55,669 nt of DNA from a bacterium (GCA_035358315.1 DAOPPB010000002.1:1-55669), one strand, 5' to 3'. Shown: positions 26,594-36,863, counted from the first letter of the stretch. Notes: generated by a model from the sequence alone, not told the origin. Translations and numbers: made by a program.

Positions 26594-26992
26594 TTAATAA
26601 ACCTCACAAATAACCTCTCCGCCCAATTTTTTCTTTTTAGCTTCCTGGGCATCCATTATTCCCCTGGAAGTGGAAACAACTAAAACACCCAAACCCTGAA
26701 GAACAGGTTTAAATTCCTGGTAACCTTTGTAAACTCTTCTTCCGGGTTTAGAGATCCTTCTTGCTTCCGAAAGTTTTATCGTACTACCATCCTTTGATAA
26801 TTTGATTTTCAACATTTTCGCAGAACTGCCTTCTTTCTTGAAAACTTTTACTTCATCAACAAAGCCCTTTTCCTTTAATACCTTGGCTATTGATTCGCAC
26901 TCCAAAGAATAAGGAACCTCGAGAACTTCTCTTCCGGACATGGAAACATTTTTCATGGTGCTTATCATATTTGATATTCTATCTACGCTCAT
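26594..26992 (-). CDS. rpsH: 30S ribosomal protein S8
   Basis: 132 aa with a DRISNMISTMKN start and operon position. Confidence 0.95.
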   Translation of the reverse strand: MSVDRISNMISTMKNVSMSGREVLEVPYSLECESIAKVLKEKGFVDEVKVFKKEGSSAKMLKIKLSKDGSTIKLSEARRISKPGRRVYKGYQEFKPVLQGLGVLVVSTSRGIMDAQEAKKKKLGGEVICEVY

Positions 26993-26993
26993 T

Positions 26994-27179
26994 TTACCAA
27001 CTGGCCTTTCTGACTCCGGGAAGCTCCCCTTTATGAGCCATTTCCCTGAAACATTTTCTGCACATTTTAAATCTTCTCATGTAACCTCTAGGACTTCCGC
27101 AAATTGAACACCTATTATACTTTTTCACCGAGAATTTTTGCGGTTTTTTATGTTTTTGTATTAATGCTTCTTTTGCCAT
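26994..27179 (-). CDS. rpsN: 30S ribosomal protein S14, zinc-binding type Z
   Basis: 61 aa. [20 protein letters not shown] has CxxC...CxxC. Confidence 0.95.
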   Translation of the reverse strand: MAKEALIQKHKKPQKFSVKKYNRCSICGSPRGYMRRFKMCRKCFREMAHKGELPGVRKASW

Positions 27180-27223
27180 ATTTTTTTAAAATTCTTTATA
27201 CCCTACCGATTTTTCAATTTAAG

Positions 27224-27766
27224 TTAAGATTGAGAAAAGGGAAAATTTAATTTTTTAAGTAAAAACTTATTCTGCTCAACGTTTTTTCCTTTAAAAACAA
27301 TGGTTACCTGCAATCCCCTAATTCCCTTTGTAGTATTTTGGTTCACTTCAGGAAATATAACATGTTCCCGTATTCCTACGGAATAATTACCATTTTCATC
27401 AAAAGAATCAGGACTAAATCCCCTAAAATCCCTTATTCTGGGAAAGGCTATATTTATTAATTTATCCAAAAAAGCCCACATTCTTTCTCCTCTTAAGGTA
27501 ACGGAAAAAGCTACTAAATCATTTTGCTTTATCTTAAAGCCCGCTTCAGATTTTTTTGCCTTTCTCTCATGAACTCTCTGACCAGCGATATCGGACAACT
27601 CGGCGGCAAATGATTCTACCGCTTCCTTATTTTCTCTGAAAGATCCGATTCCGGCATTAATGTTTATCTTTTCAACTGAAGGAACTTCCATCACATTTTT
27701 AAGCTTGAACTCTTTCATTATTTCCGGAACTATTTTGTTTTTATATTCCTCTTTCAATCTGTTCAT
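27224..27766 (-). CDS. rplE: 50S ribosomal protein L5
   Basis: MNRLKEEYKNKIVPEIMKEF...VEKININAGIG. Confidence 0.95.
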   Translation of the reverse strand: MNRLKEEYKNKIVPEIMKEFKLKNVMEVPSVEKININAGIGSFRENKEAVESFAAELSDIAGQRVHERKAKKSEAGFKIKQNDLVAFSVTLRGERMWAFLDKLINIAFPRIRDFRGFSPDSFDENGNYSVGIREHVIFPEVNQNTTKGIRGLQVTIVFKGKNVEQNKFLLKKLNFPFSQS

Positions 27767-28080
27767 ATTTTTTTATCCAAAACTTCACCGGTTTTTCTTG
27801 AAATTCTGTATTTCTTACCGTCAATTATCTTGTAACCTATCTTAACAGTTTCTTTTGACTGTTCATCATAATACATTACATCAGAAACATCTATAGGCTT
27901 CTCGATGCTTATGATTCCCCCTTCTTTTGATACCACTCCCGGTTTAACATGTTTTTTTACCACATTTACACCTTCCACTACAACTTTGTTATCAGCATTT
28001 AAAACTCTCAAAACCTTGGCGATTTTTCCCCTATCTTTTCCTGAAATTACTTTTACTTTGTCATCTTTTCTTATTTTCAT
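27763..28080 (-). CDS. rplX: 50S ribosomal protein L24
   Basis: MKIRKDDKVKVISGKDRGK KOW motif. Confidence 0.95.
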   Translation of the reverse strand: MKIRKDDKVKVISGKDRGKIAKVLRVLNADNKVVVEGVNVVKKHVKPGVVSKEGGIISIEKPIDVSDVMYYDEQSKETVKIGYKIIDGKKYRISRKTGEVLDKKI

Positions 28081-28082
28081 AT

Positions 28083-28448
28083 CTACAAAACCTCCTTGGC
28101 TAAAGACACTATTTTTGAATACCCTTTATCTCTGATCTCCCTCGCCACCGGTCCAAAAACCCTTGTACCAACCATGTTTTTATCTTTATCAACAACTATA
28201 GCCGCGTTATCATCAAATCTGATATAACTCCCATCTTTTCTTCTGACCTCTTTCTTTGTTCTGACCACTACCGCTTTGACTATACTATGATCTTTTAAAA
28301 CCCCAGTAGAGGACGCTCCTTTTACAACCACAGTAACCAAATCTCCTATTCTCGCATATCTTTTGTTGGAACCCGGTACTCCTACTATTTTCAGCATTAC
28401 AGCGCCGGAATTATCGGCCGGTTTTAAATATGATCCTATAGGCAACAT
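28083..28448 (-). CDS. rplN: 50S ribosomal protein L14
   Basis: Starts at ATG 28448 ([16 protein letters not shown]...), 1 nt after the rpsQ stop. The longer ORF-track start is a read-through. Confidence 0.93.
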   Translation of the reverse strand: MLPIGSYLKPADNSGAVMLKIVGVPGSNKRYARIGDLVTVVVKGASSTGVLKDHSIVKAVVVRTKKEVRRKDGSYIRFDDNAAIVVDKDKNMVGTRVFGPVAREIRDKGYSKIVSLAKEVL

Positions 28449-28449
28449 C

Positions 28450-28698
28450 TTATTTACCCTCCTCTTTTGAAATCTTCCCCACAACCCTAAAGGACACATT
28501 CTTACTGTAAGGTCTGCATTCCTCAATAATGACTTCATCGCCAACCGCCAATCCTACATCATCTCTAGCCTTAAATCTTCTGGTATTTTTTATATTTTTT
28601 CCATAGATAGGATGTTTTTTTGGTAAATCCACAGCTACAACAACTGTTTTCTGCATTTTATTAGAAACAACTTTTCCTTTAAATGTTTTAATACTCAT
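28450..28698 (-). CDS. rpsQ: 30S ribosomal protein S17
   Basis: [20 protein letters not shown] motif. Confidence 0.95.
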   Translation of the reverse strand: MSIKTFKGKVVSNKMQKTVVVAVDLPKKHPIYGKNIKNTRRFKARDDVGLAVGDEVIIEECRPYSKNVSFRVVGKISKEEGK

Positions 28699-28897
28699 TT
28701 TTTTCTTCCCTTAATTTTTCATTTAACAAAGTTTTTATTCTGGCTATATCTTTTCTTAAAAAAGAAGCTTTCTTAACATTTTTTTCCTTCTTCTGCATGA
28801 TATCTGATACCGTTTTCTGCAGTTCCTTCTGAATATTTGCGAGTTCCTTCCTTAACTCCTCCGTACTTTTCTTTCTTAAGTCTTCAATGCCGGTCAT
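28688..28897 (-). CDS. rpmC: 50S ribosomal protein L29
   Basis: 69 aa. LRKKSTEELRKELANIQKEL. Confidence 0.9.
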   Translation of the reverse strand: MTGIEDLRKKSTEELRKELANIQKELQKTVSDIMQKKEKNVKKASFLRKDIARIKTLLNEKLREEKNEY

Positions 28898-29310
28898 TAC
28901 TGTTCCCTCCTTACAAATTTTGTTTTCACCGGCAGTTTCGACGCCGCTTTACCAAATGCTTTTCTAGCAACTTCCTCGCTGACTCCGGCCATTTCAAAAA
29001 TAATTTTTCCGGGTTTTATAAGAGCAGCATAGTGATCTGTATTGGATTTTCCGCTTCCCATTCTTGTCTCATTTGCCTTTTTAGCCACAGGCTTATCCGG
29101 AAAAGCTCTTATCCAAAGTTTTCCACCACGCTTGGTTTCATGAGTAATTGCCTTTCTGGCGGCCTCTAACTGCCTGGAAGATAACAAACATCTGTCAACC
29201 GCCTTCAATCCATAATCACCAAAGGAAATCTCTGATCCCCTTACGGAAATTCCCCTGTTGGTTCCTCTTTGCTGTCTTCTGAATTTTACTTTTCTCGGCA
29301 TTAATAACAT
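28897..29310 (-). CDS. rplP: 50S ribosomal protein L16
   Basis: MLLMPRKVKFRRQQRG start. Confidence 0.95.
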   Translation of the reverse strand: MLLMPRKVKFRRQQRGTNRGISVRGSEISFGDYGLKAVDRCLLSSRQLEAARKAITHETKRGGKLWIRAFPDKPVAKKANETRMGSGKSNTDHYAALIKPGKIIFEMAGVSEEVARKAFGKAASKLPVKTKFVRREQ

Positions 29311-29321
29311 ATTTTCTCCCG

Positions 29322-29960
29322 TTATTGCAACTCAATCTCACCCTTGTAAATCCAAACCTTTATCCCTATTGTCCCAAAAAGCATGTGGCAATGGATCTGG
29401 GCGTAGTCAATATCACTTCTAAGCGTTTGAGCAGGCACCGACCCTAATTTGTAAGTCTCTGATCTTGATATGGTGTTGCTCCCGCTAAGTACACCTGCTA
29501 ATCTTATTTTTATTCCTTTCGCGCCCTTATCTATCGCAGAATTGAGAGCAAAATTTACCACTCTCCTATAAGGAACTCTTCTCTTCAATTGTCTGCAAAT
29601 ATAATCCCCTACCAACTGAGCTTCCGTTTCCGATGATTTCACACCTTCTGCTGTTATTTTTACCTTTTTTCCTCCTGTTATTTTCTTGATCTCCTTCTCT
29701 ATTTCTTCAACACCGGTTCCTCCCTTTCCTATAACAACGCCGGGCTTAGATACTTTAATTAAAACACTGACCTCATTTTCGGTTCGCTCAATTTCTACAC
29801 TTTTTAGGCCTGCAGAACTTAATTTATCATTCAAAAGATCTCTTATTTTCTTGTCCTCAAGCAAAAGATCGGCATAATCTTTTTTTGACGAAAACCATCT
29901 GGAACTCCAGTTTTTTGAAATTCCAATTCTATACCCTATCGGATTTATTTTTTGTCCCAT
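29322..29960 (-). CDS. rpsC: 30S ribosomal protein S3
   Basis: MGQKINPIGYRIGISKNWSSRWF start. Confidence 0.95.
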   Translation of the reverse strand: MGQKINPIGYRIGISKNWSSRWFSSKKDYADLLLEDKKIRDLLNDKLSSAGLKSVEIERTENEVSVLIKVSKPGVVIGKGGTGVEEIEKEIKKITGGKKVKITAEGVKSSETEAQLVGDYICRQLKRRVPYRRVVNFALNSAIDKGAKGIKIRLAGVLSGSNTISRSETYKLGSVPAQTLRSDIDYAQIHCHMLFGTIGIKVWIYKGEIELQ

Positions 29961-30310
29961 TATTTACCAGCCCTTTCCCCCAAACTTACATAAATATGAC
30001 TATACCTTTTTAAAATCGGGTCTGCCCTTCCTTTAGCTCCGGCTTTCATTCTTTTCTGCATAGGAGCTCCGCTAACCCATATTCTATTTACAAATAACTT
30101 ATCTTTTTCCATTTTATTGTTATTCAAAGCATTGGCTTCGGCAGATTTCAAAACTTTCAACACCATTTTACCCGGCTTGCTTCTGTCAAAAGCCAGAATC
30201 TTCTTTGCTTCCTCCAGACTTTTTCCCCTAACTAAATCCAGCACAATCGCCGTTTTTTTCGGCGATACCCTTGCATTAATATATTTTGCCGTTATCTTTA
30301 CATCGTTCAT
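29960..30310 (-). CDS. rplV: 50S ribosomal protein L22
   Basis: AKYINARVSPKKTAIVLDLVRGKSLEEA. Confidence 0.95.
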   Translation of the reverse strand: MNDVKITAKYINARVSPKKTAIVLDLVRGKSLEEAKKILAFDRSKPGKMVLKVLKSAEANALNNNKMEKDKLFVNRIWVSGAPMQKRMKAGAKGRADPILKRYSHIYVSLGERAGK

Positions 30311-30311
30311 T

Positions 30312-30593
30312 TTATTCCTTTGCTCCCGTTAAACCTTTCTTAGAAGAATGAGCTCTGAAAGTTCTGGTCGGAGCAAATTCTCCCAGTTTATGGCCTACCA
30401 TTGACTCAGTGACAAAGAAAGGTATGTGCTTTCTCCCGTTATAAACCTCAAAAGTCAGACCAACCATCTTCGGAACTATAACAGACCTTCGGGACCAGGT
30501 TCTGATAGGAGCCTTATCACCGGCCAAAGCCTTATCTACCTTTTTCATTAACTTTTCATCTACATATATTCCTTTTTTTAGCGATCTTGACAT
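30312..30593 (-). CDS. rpsS: 30S ribosomal protein S19
   Basis: [15 protein letters not shown]...[24 protein letters not shown]. Confidence 0.95.
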   Translation of the reverse strand: MSRSLKKGIYVDEKLMKKVDKALAGDKAPIRTWSRRSVIVPKMVGLTFEVYNGRKHIPFFVTESMVGHKLGEFAPTRTFRAHSSKKGLTGAKE

Positions 30594-30610
30594 AAAAACT
30601 CCTTTTTAAA

Positions 30611-31441
30611 CTATTTCTTTCCCTTTCTTCTACTAACTATGGTGTAATCAGTTTTGTGCCTTTTCCTTGTTTTAACACCTTTTGTCTTCCACCCCCATGG
30701 CGACAAAGGAGCTTTGATTCCTATACCGGAAGAACTGTATTTTCCGGCATGAGGATGATCTCTATGTGGATCACCCATAACTACTCCCCTTACATGGGGT
30801 CTTCTTCCCAAATGTCTCATCCTCCCGGCTTTTCCTAAAACTACATTTCTTTTGTCCGCATTTCCTATAACACCTATAGTCGCCGTACAGACATCCGATA
30901 TCCTCTTCACCTCTCCGCTTGGAAGTTTCACATTAACATAGCTGCCCTCTTTTGCAATAATCTGAGCCTGGTTCCCGGCCGCTCTGCAAAGTATTGCCCC
31001 CGCTCTCGGATTTATTTCGATATTATGAATCGGAACTCCGATGGGAATTTTTGACATCGGGAGGCTGTTACCAACCGATATTTCTGCGTTATCTCCCGAC
31101 ATAACAGAAGCTCCGACTTCCAAACCCTCGGGGGATATTATATATCTTTTCTCCCCATCAGCATAGGACAAAAGCGCTATATTCGGTCCTCTATTGGGGT
31201 CATCTTGAATACTTATAACTTTGGCCGGAATATTAAATTTATCCCTTTTGAAATCTATTACTCTATAAAGCTTTCTGCTGCCTCTTTGCTTATGCCTGCT
31301 GGTAATTTTTCCCCTGGATCTTCCCGCGGGACCATTTTTTCCCTTAACCAGAGGTTTCAATGGTCGCGTATCTTCAACTCCTTTTACCAAAGTTTTTCTT
31401 GTTCTTAATCCTTCACTTGTCGGTTTATATTTTTTAATCAT
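30611..31441 (-). CDS. rplB: 50S ribosomal protein L2
   Basis: 276 aa. ...MGDPHRDHPHAG... region and operon position. Confidence 0.95.
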   Translation of the reverse strand: MIKKYKPTSEGLRTRKTLVKGVEDTRPLKPLVKGKNGPAGRSRGKITSRHKQRGSRKLYRVIDFKRDKFNIPAKVISIQDDPNRGPNIALLSYADGEKRYIISPEGLEVGASVMSGDNAEISVGNSLPMSKIPIGVPIHNIEINPRAGAILCRAAGNQAQIIAKEGSYVNVKLPSGEVKRISDVCTATIGVIGNADKRNVVLGKAGRMRHLGRRPHVRGVVMGDPHRDHPHAGKYSSSGIGIKAPLSPWGWKTKGVKTRKRHKTDYTIVSRRKGKK

Positions 31442-31734
31442 TATTTATCCTTTGGGAATAAATCAATACTTTGTCCTTCTTTTAGCTTTACAACAGCTTT
31501 CTTCCATTTCGAAGGCACTGAGAACATTCTTGATCTTCCTATTCTGGAGGACTTTCCCGGCATTATAGAAGTTTTTACCTCAACTACATCAACTCCGTAA
31601 AGATTCTTAATTTCATTCTTTATGGAACCTTTTGTAGCATTGATAGAAACTTCAAAAACATACTTCCCATATGCAGCATGGTCATAAGATTTTTCGGTTA
31701 TTATCGGTTTTATTATTGACTTACTTAACCTCAT
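31441..31734 (-). CDS. rplW: 50S ribosomal protein L23
   Basis: 97 aa between rplD and rplB. IIKPIITEKS motif. Confidence 0.92.
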   Translation of the reverse strand: MRLSKSIIKPIITEKSYDHAAYGKYVFEVSINATKGSIKNEIKNLYGVDVVEVKTSIMPGKSSRIGRSRMFSVPSKWKKAVVKLKEGQSIDLFPKDK

Positions 31735-32354
31735 TTAGAAATCCTTTCCTGCACTTTCAAAACTGCATCTTTTAGAAAGACCAGATTCTGGCTTTTCACC
31801 GCATCATAAGCACCAAAACTGCTTTCATTCACTAAAAAAACTCCGGGAATATTCCTGGCACTTTTCAGAAGATTTTCACAATCCCCCGCCCAAACGAGAG
31901 AAATTTTCCCTTCAATTTCAAACTTTTTAAGAATATCGGAAAAAAGCTTAGTTTTTGGCTTTTCAACTTTCTCGTTATCAATGACAAAAATCTTCCCGTC
32001 GGACATTCTTAAAGACAATATCGATTTCAAGGCTATTCTTTTCATCTTCTCGTTCAAACCAGCCTTCCAATCTTTCGGCCTGGGACCATGGGCCACAGCA
32101 CCGCCAACCCAAATCGGACTTCTTATTGAACCTTGGCGAGCTCTTCCTGTACCTTTCTGTCTCCATGGTTTAGCCCCTCCACCGGAAACTTCCGACCTGT
32201 TTTTGGTAGAAGAAGTACCCTGCCTCTGATTTAGCTGATAAACCCGAACATATTGCTCTAAAACCTTTTGATTGGGCTTAAAACCGAAAACATCATCTTT
32301 CAGTTCTATCTGCTCTTTTTTTTCACCTTTAAGATTAAAAACATCTATCTTCAT
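31731..32354 (-). CDS. rplD: 50S ribosomal protein L4
   Basis: GGGAKPWRQKGTGRARQGSIRSPIWVGGAVAHGP. ATG 32354 avoids overlap with rplC. Confidence 0.93.
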   Translation of the reverse strand: MKIDVFNLKGEKKEQIELKDDVFGFKPNQKVLEQYVRVYQLNQRQGTSSTKNRSEVSGGGAKPWRQKGTGRARQGSIRSPIWVGGAVAHGPRPKDWKAGLNEKMKRIALKSILSLRMSDGKIFVIDNEKVEKPKTKLFSDILKKFEIEGKISLVWAGDCENLLKSARNIPGVFLVNESSFGAYDAVKSQNLVFLKDAVLKVQERISK

Positions 32355-32367
32355 ATTTTTAAAAAAT

Positions 32368-32802
32368 TTAACTTTTATCCTCAATGAACTTAATTTCTAT
32401 TTTTGAATTTCTGGCTCCCGGAACAGGACCGGAAATCATTACCTGCTTCAGCTCCGGAAGAACTTTTACAATTCTTAATCCTTTTATTGATATTCTTTCA
32501 TTTCCTGCCCTTCCGGCCATTTTCTTTCCTTTTAAAACTCTACCCGGTGTCTGAGAACCTATTGAACCGGGAGTTCTTCCTTTTATACCTTGTCCTCTGG
32601 TAGCTGGACCTCCGTGAAAACCCCATTTTTTCATAACTCCTGTAAAACCTTTTCCCTTAGATTTACCTACTATAACCACACTTTTGTTTTCAATTTCAGA
32701 GGAAACATCTGAATTACATAGAACGATAGTAACAGGAGTTACTTTCCCGTTGTCATCAAAAACCTGTGTCATATTCAATTTTTTCCCTGTTAATTTTTCC
32801 AT
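32368..32802 (-). CDS. rplC: 50S ribosomal protein L3, unusually short (144 aa)
   Basis: LTGKKLNMTQVFDDNGKVTPVTIV N-terminus and KSKGKGFTGVMKKWGFHGG...PGSIGSQTPGRVLKGKKMAGRAGNERISI core are present. The ~60-aa segment between them in E. coli and Thermus L3 is missing. Confidence 0.9.
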   Translation of the reverse strand: MEKLTGKKLNMTQVFDDNGKVTPVTIVLCNSDVSSEIENKSVVIVGKSKGKGFTGVMKKWGFHGGPATRGQGIKGRTPGSIGSQTPGRVLKGKKMAGRAGNERISIKGLRIVKVLPELKQVMISGPVPGARNSKIEIKFIEDKS

Positions 32803-32870
32803 TCTTTTACTTTTTAATTTTTAACTTAATTTTTAAATCTTCCAAAACCCAAATCCAAAACCGAAATTTT

Positions 32871-32897
32871 CAAAAAAATTAGCGCCTCAAGGGCGCC
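32871..32897 (-). terminator. candidate intrinsic terminator/attenuator between rpsJ and rplC
   Basis: Minus strand reads GGCGCC-CTTGA-GGCGCT followed by AATTTTTTTG. 5 G:C pairs plus one G:U, then a 7-U tract. Confidence 0.4.
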
Positions 32898-33001
32898 CTG
32901 CCTAAACATACCCTTTTCCAAAAAATTTCTTTATATTTTTATATTTGTCATTAATTTCGTATTAAATACTTCAATATAAGAACCTGGAACAAGAAAGAAT
33001 A

Positions 33002-33328
33002 CTACATTTTTATCGAAATTCCAACCCCGGCAGGTAAACTTAACTTTGACAACGTCTCAATAGTTGAGGAAGTAGGATTTAAAACATCTATAACTCTTTT
33101 GTGAGTCCTTAATTCAAACTGTTCTCTGGATCTTTTGTCTATATGCGGTCCTCTGATAACGGTGAATCTCTCAATTTTTGTCGGAAGAGGCACCGGACCT
33201 ACTACCTGAGCACCGGTTCTTATTGCTGTGTCAACAATTTTTGAACAACTTAAATCAATTATCCTGCTATCGTAAGATTTAAGTTTTATCCTTATTTTGG
33301 TTTCTTTTTGTGTTTTTCCTTTAGCCAT
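33002..33328 (-). CDS. rpsJ: 30S ribosomal protein S10
   Basis: [20 protein letters not shown]...GPVPLPT...[15 protein letters not shown] 33328 is preferred over the TTG at 33334. Confidence 0.93.
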   Translation of the reverse strand: MAKGKTQKETKIRIKLKSYDSRIIDLSCSKIVDTAIRTGAQVVGPVPLPTKIERFTVIRGPHIDKRSREQFELRTHKRVIDVLNPTSSTIETLSKLSLPAGVGISIKM

Positions 33329-33346
33329 AAACAAAAGAGAGAGATA

Positions 33347-33377
33347 AGAGGAGGCCCGCCTTCGGCGGGCCTCCTCT
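33347..33377 (-). terminator. strong GC-rich hairpin between tuf and rpsJ (terminator/attenuator or 3' stabiliser)
   Basis: Minus strand reads AGAGGAGGCCCGCC-GAA-GGCGGGCCTCCTCT, a 14-bp perfect stem, followed by TATCTCTCTCTTTTGTTT and then the rpsJ ATG. It begins 15 nt after the tuf stop. Confidence 0.6.
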
Positions 33378-33392
33378 AAAAATCTACTTCAA

Positions 33393-34571
33393 TTAAGCGA
33401 TAACCTTAGTTACAACTCCGTGGCCAACAGTGCTACCCCCTTCTCTTATAGCAAATCTCATTCCTTCTTCCAAAGCGACAGGTGTGATGAGCTTGACTGT
33501 CATTTTAACGTTATCTCCGGGGAGAACCATTTCAACTCCTTCCGGGAGAGAAACTTCACCGGTAACATCTGTCGTTCTGATATAGAATTGAGGTCTGTAT
33601 CCGGAGAAGAATGGCTTGTGTCTACCTCCCTCCTCTTTGGAAAGAACGTAGACCTCTGCTTCAAATTCCACATGAGGCTTTACTGTTCCCGGTTTCGCAA
33701 GAACCTGACCTCTTTCAACATCCGTTCTTTCAATCCCTCTCAATAAAACTCCGACATTATCTCCCGCTTGACCCTGTTTAAGAGACTTCTTAAACATCTC
33801 TATACCCGTGACAATTGTTTTCTTTGTATCTCTTATACCTACTATTTCAACCTCATCATTTATATTTACAACACCTCTTTCAATTCTCCCTGTAACAACA
33901 GTACCTCTTCCAGAAATTGTAAAAACGTCTTCAATCGGCATTAAGAAAGGTTTATCCAAATCCCTCTGGGGAGTGGGAATAAACTCATCAACAGCCTTCA
34001 TTAACTCTTCTATCTGTTTTGCCGCTTCAGGATCTCCCTCCAAAGCTTTCAGAGCGGAACCTCTTATTACAGGAGTTGTATCTCCGGGAAATCCATATTT
34101 ATTCAAAAGCTCCCTTATCTCCAACTCCACAAGATCTAAGATCTCCTTATCCTGAACCATATCGCATTTATTCATAAAAACAACAATTGCGGGAACATTA
34201 ACTTGCCTTGCAAGCAGTATATGCTCTCTTGTCTGAGGCATGGGGCCATCAGGCGCTGAAACAACTAATATAGCTCCATCCATCTGAGCAGCTCCGGTTA
34301 TCATATTTTTGATGTAGTCTTTATGTCCAGGAGCGTCTATATGGGCATAGTGTCTCTTCTCGGTCTCGTACTCAACATGGGTGATATTAATAGTTATACC
34401 CCTCTCTTTTTCCTCCAGAGCGTTATCAATACTATCAAACGCCCTAAAATTGGCTAGACCTTTGTCAGCCAATACTTTCGTAATGGCCGAAGTTAAAGTA
34501 GTTTTACCATGGTCAACGTGACCGATAGTACCTATATTTAAATGTTCTTTGTTTCTTACAAATTCCGGCAT
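33393..34571 (-). CDS. tuf: elongation factor Tu
   Basis: [26 protein letters not shown] from ATG 34571, with AGGA 8 nt upstream. The ORF-track start at 34658 is a read-through. Confidence 0.97.
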   Translation of the reverse strand: MPEFVRNKEHLNIGTIGHVDHGKTTLTSAITKVLADKGLANFRAFDSIDNALEEKERGITINITHVEYETEKRHYAHIDAPGHKDYIKNMITGAAQMDGAILVVSAPDGPMPQTREHILLARQVNVPAIVVFMNKCDMVQDKEILDLVELEIRELLNKYGFPGDTTPVIRGSALKALEGDPEAAKQIEELMKAVDEFIPTPQRDLDKPFLMPIEDVFTISGRGTVVTGRIERGVVNINDEVEIVGIRDTKKTIVTGIEMFKKSLKQGQAGDNVGVLLRGIERTDVERGQVLAKPGTVKPHVEFEAEVYVLSKEEGGRHKPFFSGYRPQFYIRTTDVTGEVSLPEGVEMVLPGDNVKMTVKLITPVALEEGMRFAIREGGSTVGHGVVTKVIA

Positions 34572-34775
34572 TTTAAATTTCCTTTCGGTAAATAAATTAC
34601 TTTGTACGGCCAAAACAATATATTCTGCACGTTTGCGAAAGTTCTTTAAAATTTTCAAGAACGCTCGCTTCCGTTCGGAATTATATTGCCTCAGCCCGAA
34701 AACATTTACTAAAGCAAGTGATAGTTAATCAAATTAAAATGAAAAAATCAAGACTTTTAGCACAACTGCAAATAA

Positions 34776-36863
34776 TCAATGTCTTATGTTATCTTTTGCC
34801 AAAGTTTCGGCTATGTTTGCCGGAACCTCTTCATAATGGCTCGGCTCCATGGTGAAAGAAGCCCTCCCCTGAGTGAGACCCCTAAGTTCTGTAGCATACC
34901 CGAACATTTCCGCTAAAGGAACTTTGGCGGATATTATTCTGGCGTTCCCTCTCTGTTCCGTACTTTCAATCTTTCCCCTCTTTGAAGAAAGATTACCAAT
35001 CACATCTCCCATAAACTCCTCGGGTGTTATAACCTCAACTTTCATTATAGGTTCGAGCAGGAATGTATCTGCAGCCCTTTGTGCTTCTCTCATCGCTTCA
35101 ATAGCAGCCATCTTGAAAGCCATTTCCGAAGAGTCTACCTCGTGGAAGGAACCATCAAAAAGGGTAACCTGAAAATCAACTAACGGATATCCTGCTATCA
35201 CACCGCTTTCTGCTGCCTCTTTTACTCCCTTTTCAACTGCCGGAATATATTCTCTTGGAATAACTCCTCCTACTATTTTGTCCACAAATTTTACCCCCTC
35301 TCCTCTTCCCAACGGCTCCATTTTAATTACGACATGGCCATACTGTCCTCTACCACCTGTTTGTCTGATATATTTTCCTTCTTTCTCCACAGCTTTTCTA
35401 ATTGTTTCTCTGTAAGCAACCTGCGGTCTTCCGGTGTTTATCTCCAAATTAAACTCCCTTCGCATTCTATCTACAACAATATCCAAATGAAGCTCCCCCA
35501 TTCCATATAAAAGAGTTTGCCCTGTCTCATTATTGGTTTTTACCTGTAATGTAGGATCTTCTTCTAAAAACTTCTTTATCACCTGGGACATTTTATCCCT
35601 ATCAGCTTTCGTTTTTGGCTCAATGACTATTCCTATAACCGGTTCAGAGAAGCTTATTTTCTCCAGTAATATTTTATTATCCTCGGAGCAAAGAATATCA
35701 CCGGTACCAGCTTCTAAACCCACTCCGGCAGCAATCTCTCCTGCCACAACATTTTTTATTTCCTCTCTATGATTTGCGTGCATTAAAAGTATTCTTCCTA
35801 ATCTTTCTTTCTTTCCGGAAGTCGCGTTATAAACATAAGATCCCGCACTAACGTTACCCGAATAAACTCTGAAATAAGTCAATCTTCCGACATAAGGATC
35901 TGTCTGAATTTTAAAGGCAAGAGCTGTAAAAGGGCCGTTTTCGTCCGGCTTTAAGAACACTTGCTCTCCGGTTTCGGCATTAATACCGACTACATCGGGT
36001 AAATCCTTAGGAGAGGGAAGGTAATCTATAATACCGTCTAATAACTTCTGAACCCCTTTATTAGATAGGGAAGACCCACAAAAAACAGGATAAATTTTCA
36101 CGGATACAGTTAATTTTCTCAATCCGGTCTTTATTTCCTCAATAGTAAGATCGTCTCCCCCTAGGTATTTTTCAAGCAGGACATCATCGGACTCGGCTAC
36201 TTTTTCAACCAAAATGGATCTGTATTTTCTTGCATCTTCAAGTAAATCTTCCGGGATCTCAAATTCAACTACTTTACTACCGTCATCTCCTTCAAATCCA
36301 TATGCTTTCATTTCCACAAGGTCAACTACTCCTTTAAAACCGTTCTCTAATCCTATTGGCAACTGAACTGCCAAACCCTTATTGGTAAGCTTCTCAGAAA
36401 TAGAATTGAGAGACATATAAAAATCTCCCCCAACTTTATCCAATTTATTCACAAAAAATAACAAAGGAACATCATATTTCTGAGCCTGCCTGAAAACGGT
36501 TTCCGACTGAGGCTCTACTCCCTGAGAACCATCCAAAATAACTACTCCACCATCTAAAACTCTTAAAGACCTCTCAACCTCGGCGGTGAAATCAACATGT
36601 CCCGGTGTATCAATAATGTTTATTCTATGATCCCTCCAAAAGCAGGTAGTAGCTGCTGATTGTATTGTAATACCTCTTTCCTTTTCCTGAGCCATCCAAT
36701 CCATCTGAGTTGTCCCTTCATCTATGTCTCCGATTCTATGAGTTTTTCCGGTGTAATAAAGAATCCTTTCTGTTGTGGTGGTTTTCCCCGCATCAATATG
36801 GGCAATGATTCCAATATTTCTGATTTTCTCCAGGGGATATTTTTTATCCATTGTGTCCGACAT
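34776..36863 (-). CDS. fusA: elongation factor G
   Basis: 695 aa. [23 protein letters not shown] stop. Confidence 0.97.
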   Translation of the reverse strand: MSDTMDKKYPLEKIRNIGIIAHIDAGKTTTTERILYYTGKTHRIGDIDEGTTQMDWMAQEKERGITIQSAATTCFWRDHRINIIDTPGHVDFTAEVERSLRVLDGGVVILDGSQGVEPQSETVFRQAQKYDVPLLFFVNKLDKVGGDFYMSLNSISEKLTNKGLAVQLPIGLENGFKGVVDLVEMKAYGFEGDDGSKVVEFEIPEDLLEDARKYRSILVEKVAESDDVLLEKYLGGDDLTIEEIKTGLRKLTVSVKIYPVFCGSSLSNKGVQKLLDGIIDYLPSPKDLPDVVGINAETGEQVFLKPDENGPFTALAFKIQTDPYVGRLTYFRVYSGNVSAGSYVYNATSGKKERLGRILLMHANHREEIKNVVAGEIAAGVGLEAGTGDILCSEDNKILLEKISFSEPVIGIVIEPKTKADRDKMSQVIKKFLEEDPTLQVKTNNETGQTLLYGMGELHLDIVVDRMRREFNLEINTGRPQVAYRETIRKAVEKEGKYIRQTGGRGQYGHVVIKMEPLGRGEGVKFVDKIVGGVIPREYIPAVEKGVKEAAESGVIAGYPLVDFQVTLFDGSFHEVDSSEMAFKMAAIEAMREAQRAADTFLLEPIMKVEVITPEEFMGDVIGNLSSKRGKIESTEQRGNARIISAKVPLAEMFGYATELRGLTQGRASFTMEPSHYEEVPANIAETLAKDNIRH

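Noticed and set aside
34689-34700. Solitary half-site-like GGGCTGAGG (minus strand) in the 204-nt fusA-tuf spacer, next to a perfect TATAAT. Partial matches such as CCGGGCTCA in ugd (~19073) and TGAGCCCGAA (~12050) were also noted.
   Set aside because: These are 8-9 nt matches with no partner half-site. The ugd match is explained by the conserved EPGLS codons. Chance occurrence over 111 kb of two-strand sequence is plausible. No acceptable -35 hexamer sits 17 nt upstream of the TATAAT.
34776-34778. Alternative genetic code (UGA recoded, as in some CPR-related lineages).
   Set aside because: TGA terminates fusA, the flippase and a GT4 at the expected C-termini. All conserved genes are full length under the standard code with no in-frame TGA.
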